DNA of 64,000 nt, from the NCBI RefSeq assembly GCF_050920415.1, contig NZ_CP169309.1, one strand, 5' to 3'. Below the pieces are notes generated by a model, which worked only from the letters and a program-made list of their open reading frames with translations, was not told the origin of the DNA and made no database searches. The DNA comes from Escherichia coli. GTDB lineage: Bacteria; Pseudomonadota; Gammaproteobacteria; Enterobacterales; Enterobacteriaceae. The translations under genes and the position numbers were made by a program. Shown here one piece after another: positions 10,460 to 20,953 of the stretch; position 1 is the first letter of the stretch, and each line of letters begins with the position of its first letter.

Positions 10460-11272
10460 ATGGCAACAACACAACAATCTGGATTTGCACCTGCTGCATC
10501 ACCTCTCGCTTCGACCATCGTTCAGACCCCGGATGACGCGATTGTAGCAGGCATCACCTCTATCCCTTCACAAGGGGATAACATGCCTGCTTACCATGCC
10601 AGACCAAAGCAGAGCGATGGCCTACTACCAGTGGTCATTGTAGTGCAGGAAATTTTTGGCGTGCATGAACATATCCGCGATATTTGTCGCCGTCTGGCAC
10701 TGGAGGGGTATCTGGCTATCGCACCTGAACTTTACTTCCGCGAAGGCGATCCGAATGATTTTGCCGATATCCCTACGCTGCTTAGCGGTCTGGTAGCAAA
10801 AGTGCCTGACTCGCAAGTACTGGCCGATCTCGATCATGTCGCCAGTTGGGCGTCACGCAACGGCGGCGATGTTCATCGCTTAATGATCACCGGATTTTGC
10901 TGGGGTGGGCGCATCACCTGGCTGTATGCTGCGCATAACCCGCAACTGAAAGCGGCGGTGGCATGGTACGGCAAACTGACAGGCGATAAGTCGCTGAATT
11001 CACCGAAACAACCTGTTGATATCGCAACCGATCTTAACGCGCCGGTTCTCGGCTTGTATGGTGGTCAGGATAACAGCATTCCGCAGGAGAGCGTTGAAAC
11101 CATGCGCCAGGCGCTGCGGGCTGCTAATGCGAAAGCAGAGATTATCGTCTACCCGGATGCCGGGCATGCATTCAACGCCGATTATCGCCCGAGCTATCAT
11201 GCCGAATCTGCGAAAGATGGCTGGCAGCGAATGCTGGAGTGGTTTAAGCGGTATGGTGGGAAACGGAATTAG
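10460..11272 (+). CDS. dlhH: Dienelactone-hydrolase-family protein DlhH (YsgA), 270 aa
   Basis: Track frame 10394..11272; start set at ATG 10460 (MATTQQSGFAPAASPL...) with GGAG upstream; alpha/beta hydrolase motifs. Confidence 0.85.
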   Translation: MATTQQSGFAPAASPLASTIVQTPDDAIVAGITSIPSQGDNMPAYHARPKQSDGLLPVVIVVQEIFGVHEHIRDICRRLALEGYLAIAPELYFREGDPNDFADIPTLLSGLVAKVPDSQVLADLDHVASWASRNGGDVHRLMITGFCWGGRITWLYAAHNPQLKAAVAWYGKLTGDKSLNSPKQPVDIATDLNAPVLGLYGGQDNSIPQESVETMRQALRAANAKAEIIVYPDAGHAFNADYRPSYHAESAKDGWQRMLEWFKRYGGKRN

Positions 11273-11663
11273 TTTCCTCTTAGTCTATATTTGAGATGGT
11301 GAGTGAACGAATGCGTTTTGCTGCCATCTCTGTCCCCCAAAAAATAATCAGTATGAATTGATTGGAGAGCACGACTCCGCTATTTGACCTTAAGAAAGTC
11401 GGCAAGTCATAGTCATAAATGAGTCTCTTCACTGGCAGACACCTTAAAGATTTACCATCAACTCCCATTCTCAAACAAACATTAATTATTATCAACACAT
11501 TCACATTAATTATAAATTATCTCAGACCTTCCTGATAAAAAGATATTAAAGTGAAACATTTTGTTTTTCACATTTTAGTTCATCCCTATTAGGCGTAAAT
11601 AAAGGTAAAAAATAACAATACTATTTTTCTTTCACAAAAGAATTAACAAAAGGTTTTTCAAGG

Positions 11664-12062
11664 ATGAGTGATATTATTTACCTGACCATAACCGGAGAAC
11701 AACACGGATGTATTTCCTCTCGTTGTGGAACGAGCACATCAATAGGTAATCGCTGGCAGATTGGTCATGAAGATGAAATCTTCGCGTTCTCGCTCTCTAA
11801 TAGTATTACGAATACAGGAAAAGGGTCACATTTGCATGGCCTTAGTTTCTGTAAGTTGATTGACAAAAGCTCCCCGTTACTTATTAACGCTATTAACAAT
11901 AACGAGCAGTTGTTCATGGAGTTTGACTTCTATCGGATCAATAGATTTGGTCGATGGGAGAAATATTACAACATTCAACTCCGCGGCGCGCTCTTATCAG
12001 CAATCAATCACCTGTTTACGGAGAACAATCTGGATACAGAAACCATCACTGTCAGTTATTAA
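11664..12062 (+). CDS. Hcp-family (T6SS tube protein) domain ORF, 132 aa, ends at TAA in frame with the downstream toxin-like ORF
   Basis: MSDIIYLTITGEQHG...GKGSHLHGLSFCKLIDKSSPLL...FDFYRINRFGRWEKYYNIQL fits the Hcp-family pattern; AT-rich. Confidence 0.7.
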   Translation: MSDIIYLTITGEQHGCISSRCGTSTSIGNRWQIGHEDEIFAFSLSNSITNTGKGSHLHGLSFCKLIDKSSPLLINAINNNEQLFMEFDFYRINRFGRWEKYYNIQLRGALLSAINHLFTENNLDTETITVSY

Positions 12063-12107
12063 TATATACTCTCCAGGCATCTGATTGCTAATACTGAATT
12101 TAGTTAT

Positions 12108-12812
12108 TTGGCATTTCCCGATAACTACAATCGTCTGTTTATACCACGGCCAAAAACTAAAGATGATAATGGCCTCAAAACACTCAATAGTAAAGCTGTT
12201 GGCAGACTGCTTGCTGCTGGCGGCATATACAATGGGAATATCGAAGGATTCAGGGAAACAGCAAACAAGTTGGGGGGAGATGCACCTGCTGGTTACGATC
12301 AAGTTATGGATAACAAAGGGTTACTCATCGCTGGTGCTTCAATAGTTGCTGGAGCAGTTCTGGGGAGAATGAGACTCCCTGATTTGGAATCACTTGAGCA
12401 TTTCGGAGCCAGAGGAGCAGTATCAGGAAGACCATTTAATCCCGACCTTGCCGGTGGTCCAATAGAAAATCTGACGACAGATGGCGTAACAATCAACAGG
12501 GAAGGTATCGCTATTGTTGAAAAACACATAGCCAGATTTGGTCATGACCCTGTAAATGAAGTGATGATCAATAGACTGAAAGACATTGAGAAAGGAAAAA
12601 TCCCCCCAGAACAAGTAGATCTTAACTTCTATACTCATGAATGTCGGGAATATCAGCGTTACTGTAATCTTGGTTGGGAAACAGGACAACCTGATGGTGA
12701 CGCAGGCTATGCACTCTGGAATCATACGCATACTGCTACTCTAGAAGATTATAAACTTAAGGGAGAACTTAATGACTTATACCACCAGGATGCACTTGAC
12801 TATGATAACTGA
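12108..12812 (+). CDS. Toxin-like C-terminal domain ORF (class undetermined), same frame as upstream Hcp ORF; 234 aa from TTG
   Basis: Same reading frame as 11664..12062 with only one stop (TAA 12060-12062) and 15 open codons between; no ATG or SD of its own. Confidence 0.6.
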   Translation: MAFPDNYNRLFIPRPKTKDDNGLKTLNSKAVGRLLAAGGIYNGNIEGFRETANKLGGDAPAGYDQVMDNKGLLIAGASIVAGAVLGRMRLPDLESLEHFGARGAVSGRPFNPDLAGGPIENLTTDGVTINREGIAIVEKHIARFGHDPVNEVMINRLKDIEKGKIPPEQVDLNFYTHECREYQRYCNLGWETGQPDGDAGYALWNHTHTATLEDYKLKGELNDLYHQDALDYDN

Positions 12813-13047
12813 AACTGAAATTAACGTACTGAAAGTTATGGCTGAGAAAGATATAAACTGGAACTGGATGAATCTCGATCGCACACTATCTATAAGGCAA
12901 ATTCCAGGATTCGGTAATGTTGTTAACATTGTTAACAAATTAGCTAACGAGGGTTTGGTTATTATTGAGGATAGCGGACATAAGTCTATGCCTCACTACC
13001 ACGTTACTGAAAAGGGATACAATCTCGTGAAAAGTGAGAATAAATAA
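12802..13047 (+). CDS. Small putative immunity protein, 81 aa
   Basis: ATG at 12802 overlaps the toxin ORF stop (ATGATAACTGA); track frame 12772..13047. Confidence 0.55.
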   Translation: MITETEINVLKVMAEKDINWNWMNLDRTLSIRQIPGFGNVVNIVNKLANEGLVIIEDSGHKSMPHYHVTEKGYNLVKSENK

Positions 13048-13141
13048 CGTAGCGTTGATTACTGAACAAATCGCTCAGGATTATATTTTGCGAAAAAAAT
13101 GATTCGGTTATTTCTGTGTCTGAACGGCCGCAGATAGCAAA

Positions 13142-13165
13142 ATGGCTTCCGGTGATGGAAGCCAT
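13142..13165 (+). terminator. 9-bp stem hairpin ATGGCTTCC-ggtgat-GGAAGCCAT downstream of the islet
   Basis: Perfect inverted repeat read directly; weak T tract (cagattattgg). Confidence 0.3.
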
Positions 13166-13195
13166 CAGATTATTGGCAAAGTGCGTGTTGTTCAT

Positions 13196-13226
13196 GCCGG
13201 ATGCGGCGTGAACGCCTTATCTGGCC
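13196..13226. repeat. REP element
   Basis: gccggatgcggcgtgaacgccttatctggcc. Confidence 0.75.
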
Positions 13227-13333
13227 AACTAAATCTTGAAAATTCAATAAATTGAATAAATTATGTAGGCCTGGTATCAGGCAGTTTCGCCTCTTTCATC
13301 GTACTGCAATTTACAGTGACTCGTTAATACTCA

Positions 13334-15595
13334 TCATCCCCGACGCAAATTCTGCGCCGCCTGCACCATGTTCGCCAGTGCCGCGCGGGTTTCTGGCCAG
13401 CCGCGCGTTTTCAGGCCACAGTCCGGGTTGACCCACAGACGCTCTGCCGGAATGCGTTGTGCCGCTTTCTTCAGCAGGGACTCAATCCATTCCACGCTCG
13501 GTACGTTTGGCGAGTGAATGTCATAGACGCCAGGACCGATTTCATTCGGATAATCAAACTCTTCAAACGACTCCAGCAACTCCATGTCGGAACGCGAGGT
13601 TTCGATTGTGATGACGTCAGCATCCAGCGCCGCAATCGAATCCATGATGTCGTTGAACTCGCAGTAACACATGTGAGTGTGGATTTGCGTGTCATCTTTC
13701 GCTACGGCAGCGTTGATACGGAAAGCCTCCACGCCCCACTGGAGATAGGCATCCCAGTCGCTGCGACGCAGCGGTAAACCTTCGCGTAGCGCCGGTTCAT
13801 CAATCTGGATGATGCCAATTCCAGCGGCTTCCAGATCGGCCACTTCATCACGAAGCGCCAGCGCAATTTGTTTGGCGATGGTTTCACGGCTGACATCTTC
13901 ACGCGGGAACGACCAGCAGAGAATGGTCACCGGGCCAGTCAGCATCCCTTTCACCGGTTTATCAGTCAGAGATTGCGCATACTTCGCCCACTCCACGGTA
14001 ATCGGTGCCGGGCGGCTAACGTCACCAATAACAATCGGTGGCTTCACGCAGCGGGAACCGTAGCTCTGTACCCAACCGTTTTGCGTAAAGACAAAGCCAT
14101 CCAGGTGCTCGCCAAAGTATTCCACCATGTCATTACGCTCGGCCTCACCATGCACCAGCACATCCAGACCCAGACGTTCCTGCTCAACAATGGCCTGCTT
14201 GATATGTTCTGCAATGCCCGTGCGGTAGTTGTTGGCGTCGAGATTACCCTTTTTGAAATCCAGACGCAGGGTACGGATTTCTGTGGTTTGCGGGAAAGAG
14301 CCAATCGTGGTGGTCGGCCAGGCTGGCAGTTTAAAACGCGCACGCTGGGCTTCAGCACGCACTTCATAAACGTTCGCACGCTGGCTGTCCTGGGCTGTGA
14401 TCGCTGCCAGACGTTTTTCTACCGCCGGATTATGGACGCGGGTTGAGTGACGACGCGCCTGAATCGGAGCGCTCCACTCTGCCAGAGCTGCCGTGTCACC
14501 ACTGTTCAACGCATCGCGCAGCAGCGCCAGTTCATGGCATTTTTGCAGGGCGAAGGCAAACCAGCTTTTCACTTCCGCATCAAGACGCGTTTCCACACTC
14601 AGGTCGATAGGGCTGTGCAGCAATGAGCAGGAAGATGCCACCCACAAATCACGTTTGCCGACAATGTCCTTAATTTGCGCATATTTCTCGGTAAGATCGG
14701 CGCGCCAGACGTTACGACCATTGATAAGACCCGCAGACAGCAGCCAGTCAGAAGGCAGACGCTTGTGCAGTTCAGCAACGTCATCTTTACCATGTACGAG
14801 ATCGACATGCAGCCCCTGAACAGGCAGCGCAGTAATGGTGTCGAGGTTTGGCGTTACGCCTTCAAAATAGGTGGTCAGCAGCAGTTTCACCTGGCCCTGG
14901 AGCGCGTCGTAAGCGGGTTTATAGGCGTCCAGCCACGCCTGCGGCAGTTCCAGTACCAGAGCCGGTTCGTCGATCTGTACCCACTCAATGCCGCGTTTTG
15001 CCAGTTCTGCCAACACTTGCTGATAAACCGGCAGAATGTCGTTTAGCAGGCTCAGGCGATCAAACTGTTCACCTTTCACTTTACCCAGCCACAGGTAGGT
15101 AACCGGCCCCAGCAGCACGGGCTTGACCTTGTGGCCCAGCGCCAGCGCCTCGTCCACTTCCTCCAGCAGTTGCGTCCAGGTCAGTTTGAACTGTTGGCCT
15201 TTAACGAACTCCGGCACCATGTAGTGATAGTTGGTGTTAAACCATTTGGTCATTTCCGCTGCCGCCGCAGGTTCACCAGTCGGTGCACGTCCACGACCAA
15301 TACGGAACAGGGTGTCGATATCTACCGAACCATCTTTGTTCTGGTGACGCGCCGGAACGTTACCCAGCAGCAGGCTGGTGGTCAGGACATGATCGTACCA
15401 GGCAAAATCGCCCACCGGCAGCAGGTCGATACCTGCTTGCTTTTGTTGATCCCAGTGACGGGCACGTAATTCACGCCCAACCGCCAGCAGTTCTTCACGC
15501 GTGGAGTTCCCCGCCCAATAACTCTCTTGCGCTTTTTTCAGCTCGCGACGCAGGCCAACGCGAGGGAAACCGAGGGTGTGATTCAATATTGTCAT
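13334..15595 (-). CDS. metE: Cobalamin-independent methionine synthase, 753 aa
   Basis: [29 protein letters not shown]... full-length. Confidence 0.95.
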   Translation of the reverse strand: MTILNHTLGFPRVGLRRELKKAQESYWAGNSTREELLAVGRELRARHWDQQKQAGIDLLPVGDFAWYDHVLTTSLLLGNVPARHQNKDGSVDIDTLFRIGRGRAPTGEPAAAAEMTKWFNTNYHYMVPEFVKGQQFKLTWTQLLEEVDEALALGHKVKPVLLGPVTYLWLGKVKGEQFDRLSLLNDILPVYQQVLAELAKRGIEWVQIDEPALVLELPQAWLDAYKPAYDALQGQVKLLLTTYFEGVTPNLDTITALPVQGLHVDLVHGKDDVAELHKRLPSDWLLSAGLINGRNVWRADLTEKYAQIKDIVGKRDLWVASSCSLLHSPIDLSVETRLDAEVKSWFAFALQKCHELALLRDALNSGDTAALAEWSAPIQARRHSTRVHNPAVEKRLAAITAQDSQRANVYEVRAEAQRARFKLPAWPTTTIGSFPQTTEIRTLRLDFKKGNLDANNYRTGIAEHIKQAIVEQERLGLDVLVHGEAERNDMVEYFGEHLDGFVFTQNGWVQSYGSRCVKPPIVIGDVSRPAPITVEWAKYAQSLTDKPVKGMLTGPVTILCWSFPREDVSRETIAKQIALALRDEVADLEAAGIGIIQIDEPALREGLPLRRSDWDAYLQWGVEAFRINAAVAKDDTQIHTHMCYCEFNDIMDSIAALDADVITIETSRSDMELLESFEEFDYPNEIGPGVYDIHSPNVPSVEWIESLLKKAAQRIPAERLWVNPDCGLKTRGWPETRAALANMVQAAQNLRRG

Positions 15596-15830
15596 TTTTC
15601 TTCCTCTAATTATATGTAAATCCTATGGATTTTGAATTTAGGGAAGGCGGCAAGTTTATTCATCCCCGGGAGCTTACTGAAGTAAGTGACCGGGGTGAAG
15701 AAACGCAGCCAACGCACCATAAATTTAAAAGACGAAGGATTTTAGCCGTCCAGATGTTTACACATCCATAATTGGCGGTTACTGTATATTCCTCAAGCGC
15801 AAATTATTCATGCCGAAGTGAAGGACTTTC
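15596..15830. promoter_or_regulatory. metE-metR divergent control region with tandem MetJ-box-like octamers
   Basis: AGCCGTCC AGATGTTT ACACATCC at about 15744-15767 resemble AGACGTCT met boxes; palindromic cttacTGAAgtaag nearby may be a MetR site. Confidence 0.45.
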
Positions 15831-16784
15831 ATGATCGAAGTAAAACACCTGAAAACGCTACAAGCGTTGCGGAACTGCGGCTCACTCGCAGCCGCTGCGG
15901 CGACGTTGCATCAAACGCAATCCGCCCTGTCTCACCAGTTTAGCGATCTGGAACAACGCCTTGGCTTCCGGCTATTTGTGCGTAAAAGCCAGCCGCTTCG
16001 GTTTACACCGCAGGGAGAAATCCTGTTGCAACTGGCGAATCAGGTGCTGCCGCAAATCAGCCAGGCACTGCAAGCCTGCAATGAACCGCAGCAGACGCGC
16101 CTGCGCATTGCCATTGAGTGCCATAGCTGTATTCAGTGGCTGACGCCCGCGTTAGAAAATTTCCATAAGAACTGGCCGCAGGTGGAGATGGATTTTAAAT
16201 CGGGCGTGACGTTTGACCCGCAGCCCGCGTTGCAGCAGGGTGAGCTGGATCTGGTGATGACCTCCGATATTCTGCCGCGCAGTGGCCTGCATTATTCGCC
16301 GATGTTCGATTATGAAGTGCGTCTGGTGTTAGCGCCTGACCATCCACTGGCGGCGAAAACGCGAATCACGCCGGAAGACCTCGCCAGCGAAACGCTGTTG
16401 ATTTATCCGGTGCAGCGTAGCCGACTGGATGTCTGGCGGCATTTTCTTCAGCCCGCAGGCGTTAGCCCGTCACTGAAAAGCGTCGATAACACCTTGTTGT
16501 TGATTCAGATGGTTGCCGCACGGATGGGCATCGCTGCGCTACCGCACTGGGTGGTGGAGAGTTTTGAACGCCAGGGTCTGGTGGTCACCAAAACCTTGGG
16601 CGAAGGCTTGTGGAGCCGACTGTACGCCGCCGTGCGCGATGGCGAGCAGCGTCAGCCGATTACAGAAGCGTTTATTCGTTCAGCGCGCAATCACGCCTGC
16701 GATCATCTGCCGTTTGTGAAGAGCGCGGAGCGACCCACTTACGATGCACCCACAGTGAGGCCAGGATCACCAGCGCGCCTGTAA
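15831..16784 (+). CDS. metR: LysR-family regulator MetR, 317 aa
   Basis: [49 protein letters not shown]... Confidence 0.95.
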   Translation: MIEVKHLKTLQALRNCGSLAAAAATLHQTQSALSHQFSDLEQRLGFRLFVRKSQPLRFTPQGEILLQLANQVLPQISQALQACNEPQQTRLRIAIECHSCIQWLTPALENFHKNWPQVEMDFKSGVTFDPQPALQQGELDLVMTSDILPRSGLHYSPMFDYEVRLVLAPDHPLAAKTRITPEDLASETLLIYPVQRSRLDVWRHFLQPAGVSPSLKSVDNTLLLIQMVAARMGIAALPHWVVESFERQGLVVTKTLGEGLWSRLYAAVRDGEQRQPITEAFIRSARNHACDHLPFVKSAERPTYDAPTVRPGSPARL

Positions 16785-17571
16785 TAAACGTTGGCCAGTG
16801 CGGCTGTTGGTGCCAGATAGCCAGGTTAACCAGCAGCCCTGCCGGAACGTGCATATTATTCATAATGCCCAGCGTTCCGGCGTCCACCTGCGTCGCGCCG
16901 TAGTTCCACATAAAGTAGCCAATTCCGGAGGCCACCACGCCAAGAAACACCAGAATGCCCCATTGCAGCGTGGTTTGCGGCATTTTCTGCGCATTTCCCA
17001 GCAAAAACCATGCAATCACTGCCACCAGAAACGCGCCAAGATAGAACCACGCAAAGGCGTTATGCTGTGGCATCGGACGAGTTTCCATCAGGCGTTTGTA
17101 ACCCACCATGCCGATGGCAAAAGTGATATTGGAGAGTTGCACCAGCAGCAGGCCAGTCCAGAAGTGGTCGGTGACCTGATCATAGCGAATAATCCCGGCA
17201 CCAATCACCGCCAACAAGGCGCTAAAAGCATAGCCCCAGCGCAGACGGCGCTTACTCATGATGTCATAAATCAGCGTGATGTAGAGCGGAGTCAGTACGG
17301 TGAACAGCAACAGCTCGGAGACCGTCAGGTAGAGATAGGCGCGAAAACTCAGCATATACATCACGCCAAGCTGCATCGCGCCCACCAGCATATACAGGCC
17401 AACCGTTTTCAGGCTATTGCCACGGGTACGCAGAAACGGCAGAAACACGAGTGCCGCCAGGCCAACGCGCACCAGCACTGCAAAATAGCTATCGACGTGC
17501 CCCGCAAGGTACTCGCCATAAAAGCTAAAGGAGAAGGCCCACAGAATCGTGGTGATGATAAGTAGCGCCAC
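16672..17571 (-). CDS. yigM: YigM (BioP) EamA-family transporter, 299 aa
   Basis: [24 protein letters not shown]...; 3' end overlaps metR convergently. Confidence 0.9.
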   Translation of the reverse strand: MALLIITTILWAFSFSFYGEYLAGHVDSYFAVLVRVGLAALVFLPFLRTRGNSLKTVGLYMLVGAMQLGVMYMLSFRAYLYLTVSELLLFTVLTPLYITLIYDIMSKRRLRWGYAFSALLAVIGAGIIRYDQVTDHFWTGLLLVQLSNITFAIGMVGYKRLMETRPMPQHNAFAWFYLGAFLVAVIAWFLLGNAQKMPQTTLQWGILVFLGVVASGIGYFMWNYGATQVDAGTLGIMNNMHVPAGLLVNLAIWHQQPHWPTFITGALVILASLWVHRKWVAPRSSQTADDRRRDCALNE

Positions 17572-17646
17572 AATGGAAAACTCTTTGATTAACGAGTATC
17601 CATTGTAGCGAAGTATCAGGTTGACAACTGACCAAATAAAGAACGA

Positions 17647-18447
17647 TTACGATAAATAGAGTTTACGCAGATAATGCGGCACTGCATCCTCGGCGTTAGT
17701 ACCAATCACTTCCAGCTCCGGATGCAGATCTTTCAGACGCTGGTGCGCACTGCCCATAATGCAGCCTTTACCTGCCATCGACAGCATTTCGGCGTCGTTC
17801 ATCCCGTCACCAAAGGCAATACAATCTTTCAGACTGTAGCCCAGTTTCTTCGCCACCGCTTCCAGGGCATGGCCTTTTGAAACGCCGCCCGCCATCACTT
17901 CCAGACAAGTTAGGGTAGAGAAACTGACGTTGACGCGATCGCCCCAACGAGCGTTGATTGCCTGCTCCAGCGGCAGCAGTTGTTCATGAGAATCACAGGT
18001 GAAGAACACTTTGCTGACGCCTTCCGGATCCAGTAATCCTGGCTCATACAGCGCATATTTGAACACCGCTTCTTTAAAAAAGCGCATCTCTTCCGGGCGG
18101 TGGCGATTCATAAACCATTCGTCGTCGCGATAAACGTTAGTAATGATGTCCGGGTTGTCGTTGACCACGCCAAACAGATCGCTGGCAATGTCGCGATCCA
18201 GGTTATGAGCAAAAATCAGATTGCCATCCAGATCGTGAACGCGCGCGCCATTGGAGGTAATCATGTAAGACTTAATCTCCAGATTATCGCGAATTTGCCC
18301 CACATCAACGTGGTGGCGACCGGTCGCAAACACAAAGTTAATGCCGCGCGCGGTGAGCAGCTTCAGAGTTTCTTTGGCGTAAGGGGATAACGTATGGTCG
18401 GGAGAAAGTAACGTGCCATCTAAATCAGACGCAACAACCTGGTACAT
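17647..18447 (-). CDS. yigL: YigL HAD-family sugar/pyridoxal phosphatase, 266 aa
   Basis: Track frame 17647..18573; start set at MYQVVASDLDGTLL..., 5 nt after pldB stop. Confidence 0.9.
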   Translation of the reverse strand: MYQVVASDLDGTLLSPDHTLSPYAKETLKLLTARGINFVFATGRHHVDVGQIRDNLEIKSYMITSNGARVHDLDGNLIFAHNLDRDIASDLFGVVNDNPDIITNVYRDDEWFMNRHRPEEMRFFKEAVFKYALYEPGLLDPEGVSKVFFTCDSHEQLLPLEQAINARWGDRVNVSFSTLTCLEVMAGGVSKGHALEAVAKKLGYSLKDCIAFGDGMNDAEMLSMAGKGCIMGSAHQRLKDLHPELEVIGTNAEDAVPHYLRKLYLS

Positions 18448-18454
18448 AAGAAAT

Positions 18455-19477
18455 TTAAACCTCTGTAGAGCGGTTTCCGCTGGGTGAGTTATGCCTGTTG
18501 AAAAAATCAACAATGGCGTGGAGCGCGACTGAGCGCATTGCGTCCTTTTCAAAAAGGATCTCATGGTACGCACCTTTAATTACCAGCGGTCGTCCTCCTT
18601 CGACAGGATGGCCCGCAGCGGTGCGGAGTTCACAAAAACGGTCGTGCATGCGGTTATCCACCACGCGTTCCTCTTCAGCCTGCAAGAGAAGCGTTGGCGT
18701 AGCGTCATCACCCGCTCCGGCTAACACCTGTTCGCCAGCCAGAATACTTTCGCGTACCCAATGGTAGGTCGGCCCACCGACGCGAATCGTTGGGTCATCA
18801 GCATAAAAGCGTAAGTTACGTCGATATCGCTGTCTGCTGTGGGTCAGTACGTTGATAGCAAACGGCAACGCGCGCCAGCGCCCGGTGCCTATTGCATAGC
18901 CATCACGGAAACGTGGATGTGCTTCGGCCCAGTTAAGGATCTGCCGCGCCATAAATGACGGCATACGAATCACGATCCCAAACATTGGTGCAGTTAGCGC
19001 AATGGCGTCACATACACCTGGATGGCGTTGCAGAAATAACGTGGAGATCGCACCGCCCATCGAATGTGCCAGTATATAGCGCTTACGCCACGGACCGGGC
19101 TGGACCTCCTGTTGCCAGAATGCCGCCAGATCATCAACATAATCATTAAAGCGATTAACATGCCCAAGATGCGGATCGGCTAACAGGCGACCGGAACGTC
19201 CCTGCCCGCGATGGTCGATGATTAAGACATCAAACCCCAAATGGAACAGGTCGTAGGCCAGTTCCGCATATTTTACGTAGCTCTCAATACGCCCCGGGCA
19301 GATGACTATCACCCGGTCATGGTGCTGCGCGCGAAAACGGACAAAGCGCACCGGAATGTCATCCACACCAGTAAATTCTGCTTCATCACGCTGACGCCAG
19401 AAATCAGTCAGCGGTCCCATGGTAAAAGCAGCAAACGCGTTTTCTCTTGTTTCCCAGTCTTTTTGCTGCTGAAACAT
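18455..19477 (-). CDS. pldB: Lysophospholipase L2, 340 aa
   Basis: MFQQQKDWETRENAFAAFTMGPLTDFW...; GHSMGG lipase motif. Confidence 0.95.
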   Translation of the reverse strand: MFQQQKDWETRENAFAAFTMGPLTDFWRQRDEAEFTGVDDIPVRFVRFRAQHHDRVIVICPGRIESYVKYAELAYDLFHLGFDVLIIDHRGQGRSGRLLADPHLGHVNRFNDYVDDLAAFWQQEVQPGPWRKRYILAHSMGGAISTLFLQRHPGVCDAIALTAPMFGIVIRMPSFMARQILNWAEAHPRFRDGYAIGTGRWRALPFAINVLTHSRQRYRRNLRFYADDPTIRVGGPTYHWVRESILAGEQVLAGAGDDATPTLLLQAEEERVVDNRMHDRFCELRTAAGHPVEGGRPLVIKGAYHEILFEKDAMRSVALHAIVDFFNRHNSPSGNRSTEV

Positions 19478-19587
19478 CGGGTAATCTGCCTCTTAAACCA
19501 CGTAAAATCGTTTTTTTAAGCGTGCCTGACACAACGCTTCGACAGTAGCGTATTGTGGCACAAAAATAGACACACCGGGAGTTCATC

Positions 19588-20208
19588 ATGACCTTAGAAT
19601 GGTGGTTTGCCTACCTGCTAACATCAATCATTTTAAGCCTGTCGCCAGGCTCTGGTGCAATCAACACCATGACCACCTCGCTCAACCACGGTTATCGTGG
19701 TGCGATGGCGTCTATTGCTGGGCTTCAGACCGGACTGGCGATTCATATTGTGCTGGTTGGTGTGGGGTTGGGTACGCTATTTTCCCGCTCAGTGATTGCG
19801 TTTGAAGTGTTGAAGTGGGCAGGAGCAGCTTATTTGATTTGGCTGGGTATCCAGCAGTGGCGTGCTGCTGGCGCAATTGATCTTAAATCGCTGGCCTCTA
19901 CTCAATCGCGCCGACATTTGTTCCAACGCGCAGTGTTTGTGAATCTCACCAATCCCAAAAGTATTGTGTTTCTGGCAGCACTTTTTCCACAATTCATCAT
20001 GCCGCAACAGCCGCAAGTTATGCAGTATGTAGTGCTCGGCGTCACCACCATTGTGGTCGATATTATTGTGATGATCGGTTACGCCACCCTCGCCCAACGG
20101 ATCGCGTTATGGATAAAAGGGCCGAAACAGATGAAGGCATTGAATAAGATTTTCGGCTCGTTGTTTATGCTGGTGGGAGCGCTGTTAGCATCGGCGAGAC
20201 ATGCGTGA
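19588..20208 (+). CDS. rhtB: RhtB homoserine/homoserine-lactone exporter, 206 aa
   Basis: [27 protein letters not shown]... Confidence 0.95.
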   Translation: MTLEWWFAYLLTSIILSLSPGSGAINTMTTSLNHGYRGAMASIAGLQTGLAIHIVLVGVGLGTLFSRSVIAFEVLKWAGAAYLIWLGIQQWRAAGAIDLKSLASTQSRRHLFQRAVFVNLTNPKSIVFLAALFPQFIMPQQPQVMQYVVLGVTTIVVDIIVMIGYATLAQRIALWIKGPKQMKALNKIFGSLFMLVGALLASARHA

Positions 20209-20217
20209 AAAATAATG

Positions 20218-20247
20218 TCGGATGCGGCGTAAACGCCTTATCCGACT
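20218..20247. repeat. REP element between convergent rhtB and rhtC
   Basis: gtcggatgcggcgtaaacgccttatccgac. Confidence 0.75.
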
Positions 20248-20269
20248 TACTCTGATGACGCGTCTGGCA

Positions 20270-20890
20270 TCAACGCGAAATAATCAAATGAATACCAAAT
20301 CCGGCAAATAACGCCCCGGCAAAACCATCAATCCACTTCGCCAGACGTTGATAACCACGGCGCATTTGCGGCAGGGCAAACAGGCTGGCAACGACGGTAA
20401 ACCACGCCAGTGTTTCGACAATAATCAACGCGAAAATGCCCCAGCGCTCAGTGGTGCCGACGTTATCGCCGACAAACAGCGAGAATACCGAACCAAAGTA
20501 GATAATCGCTTTCGGATTGGCGAGATTGGTCAGTAAGCCTTTCAGGAAACTGCGCCCGCTTTTTGCCAGTTCTACCTGTGGCGCAGGCGCAGAAACGACC
20601 TCTTTTTTCAGTGCGCTACGCAGCATCTGATAACCCATCCAGCAGAGATACAGGCCACCGCCCACCATAATCAGCGTATGCAGCCAGGCCATTTTTTCGA
20701 TAATTAAATGCAGGCCAAGCAACGCGATCCCTGCCCAGACCATTACGCCGCAGGTAATGCCCAGCACGCCCATCATCGCTTCTTTGCGCGAACGGCTAAC
20801 GGCAGTCTGGGAGACAAAAAAGAAATCGGGACCGGGGCTCATAAGCGCCACGATATGAACCATGGCGACGGTGAGGAATAACATCAACAT
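20270..20890 (-). CDS. rhtC: RhtC threonine exporter, 206 aa
   Basis: MLMLFLTVAMVHIVALMSPGPDFFFV... Confidence 0.95.
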   Translation of the reverse strand: MLMLFLTVAMVHIVALMSPGPDFFFVSQTAVSRSRKEAMMGVLGITCGVMVWAGIALLGLHLIIEKMAWLHTLIMVGGGLYLCWMGYQMLRSALKKEVVSAPAPQVELAKSGRSFLKGLLTNLANPKAIIYFGSVFSLFVGDNVGTTERWGIFALIIVETLAWFTVVASLFALPQMRRGYQRLAKWIDGFAGALFAGFGIHLIISR

Positions 20891-20953
20891 ACAATTGACT
20901 CGCGGGGAAATCGTTTACGGAGTCTTCATCCTGGCACTTTTTTATGCTGCTGA

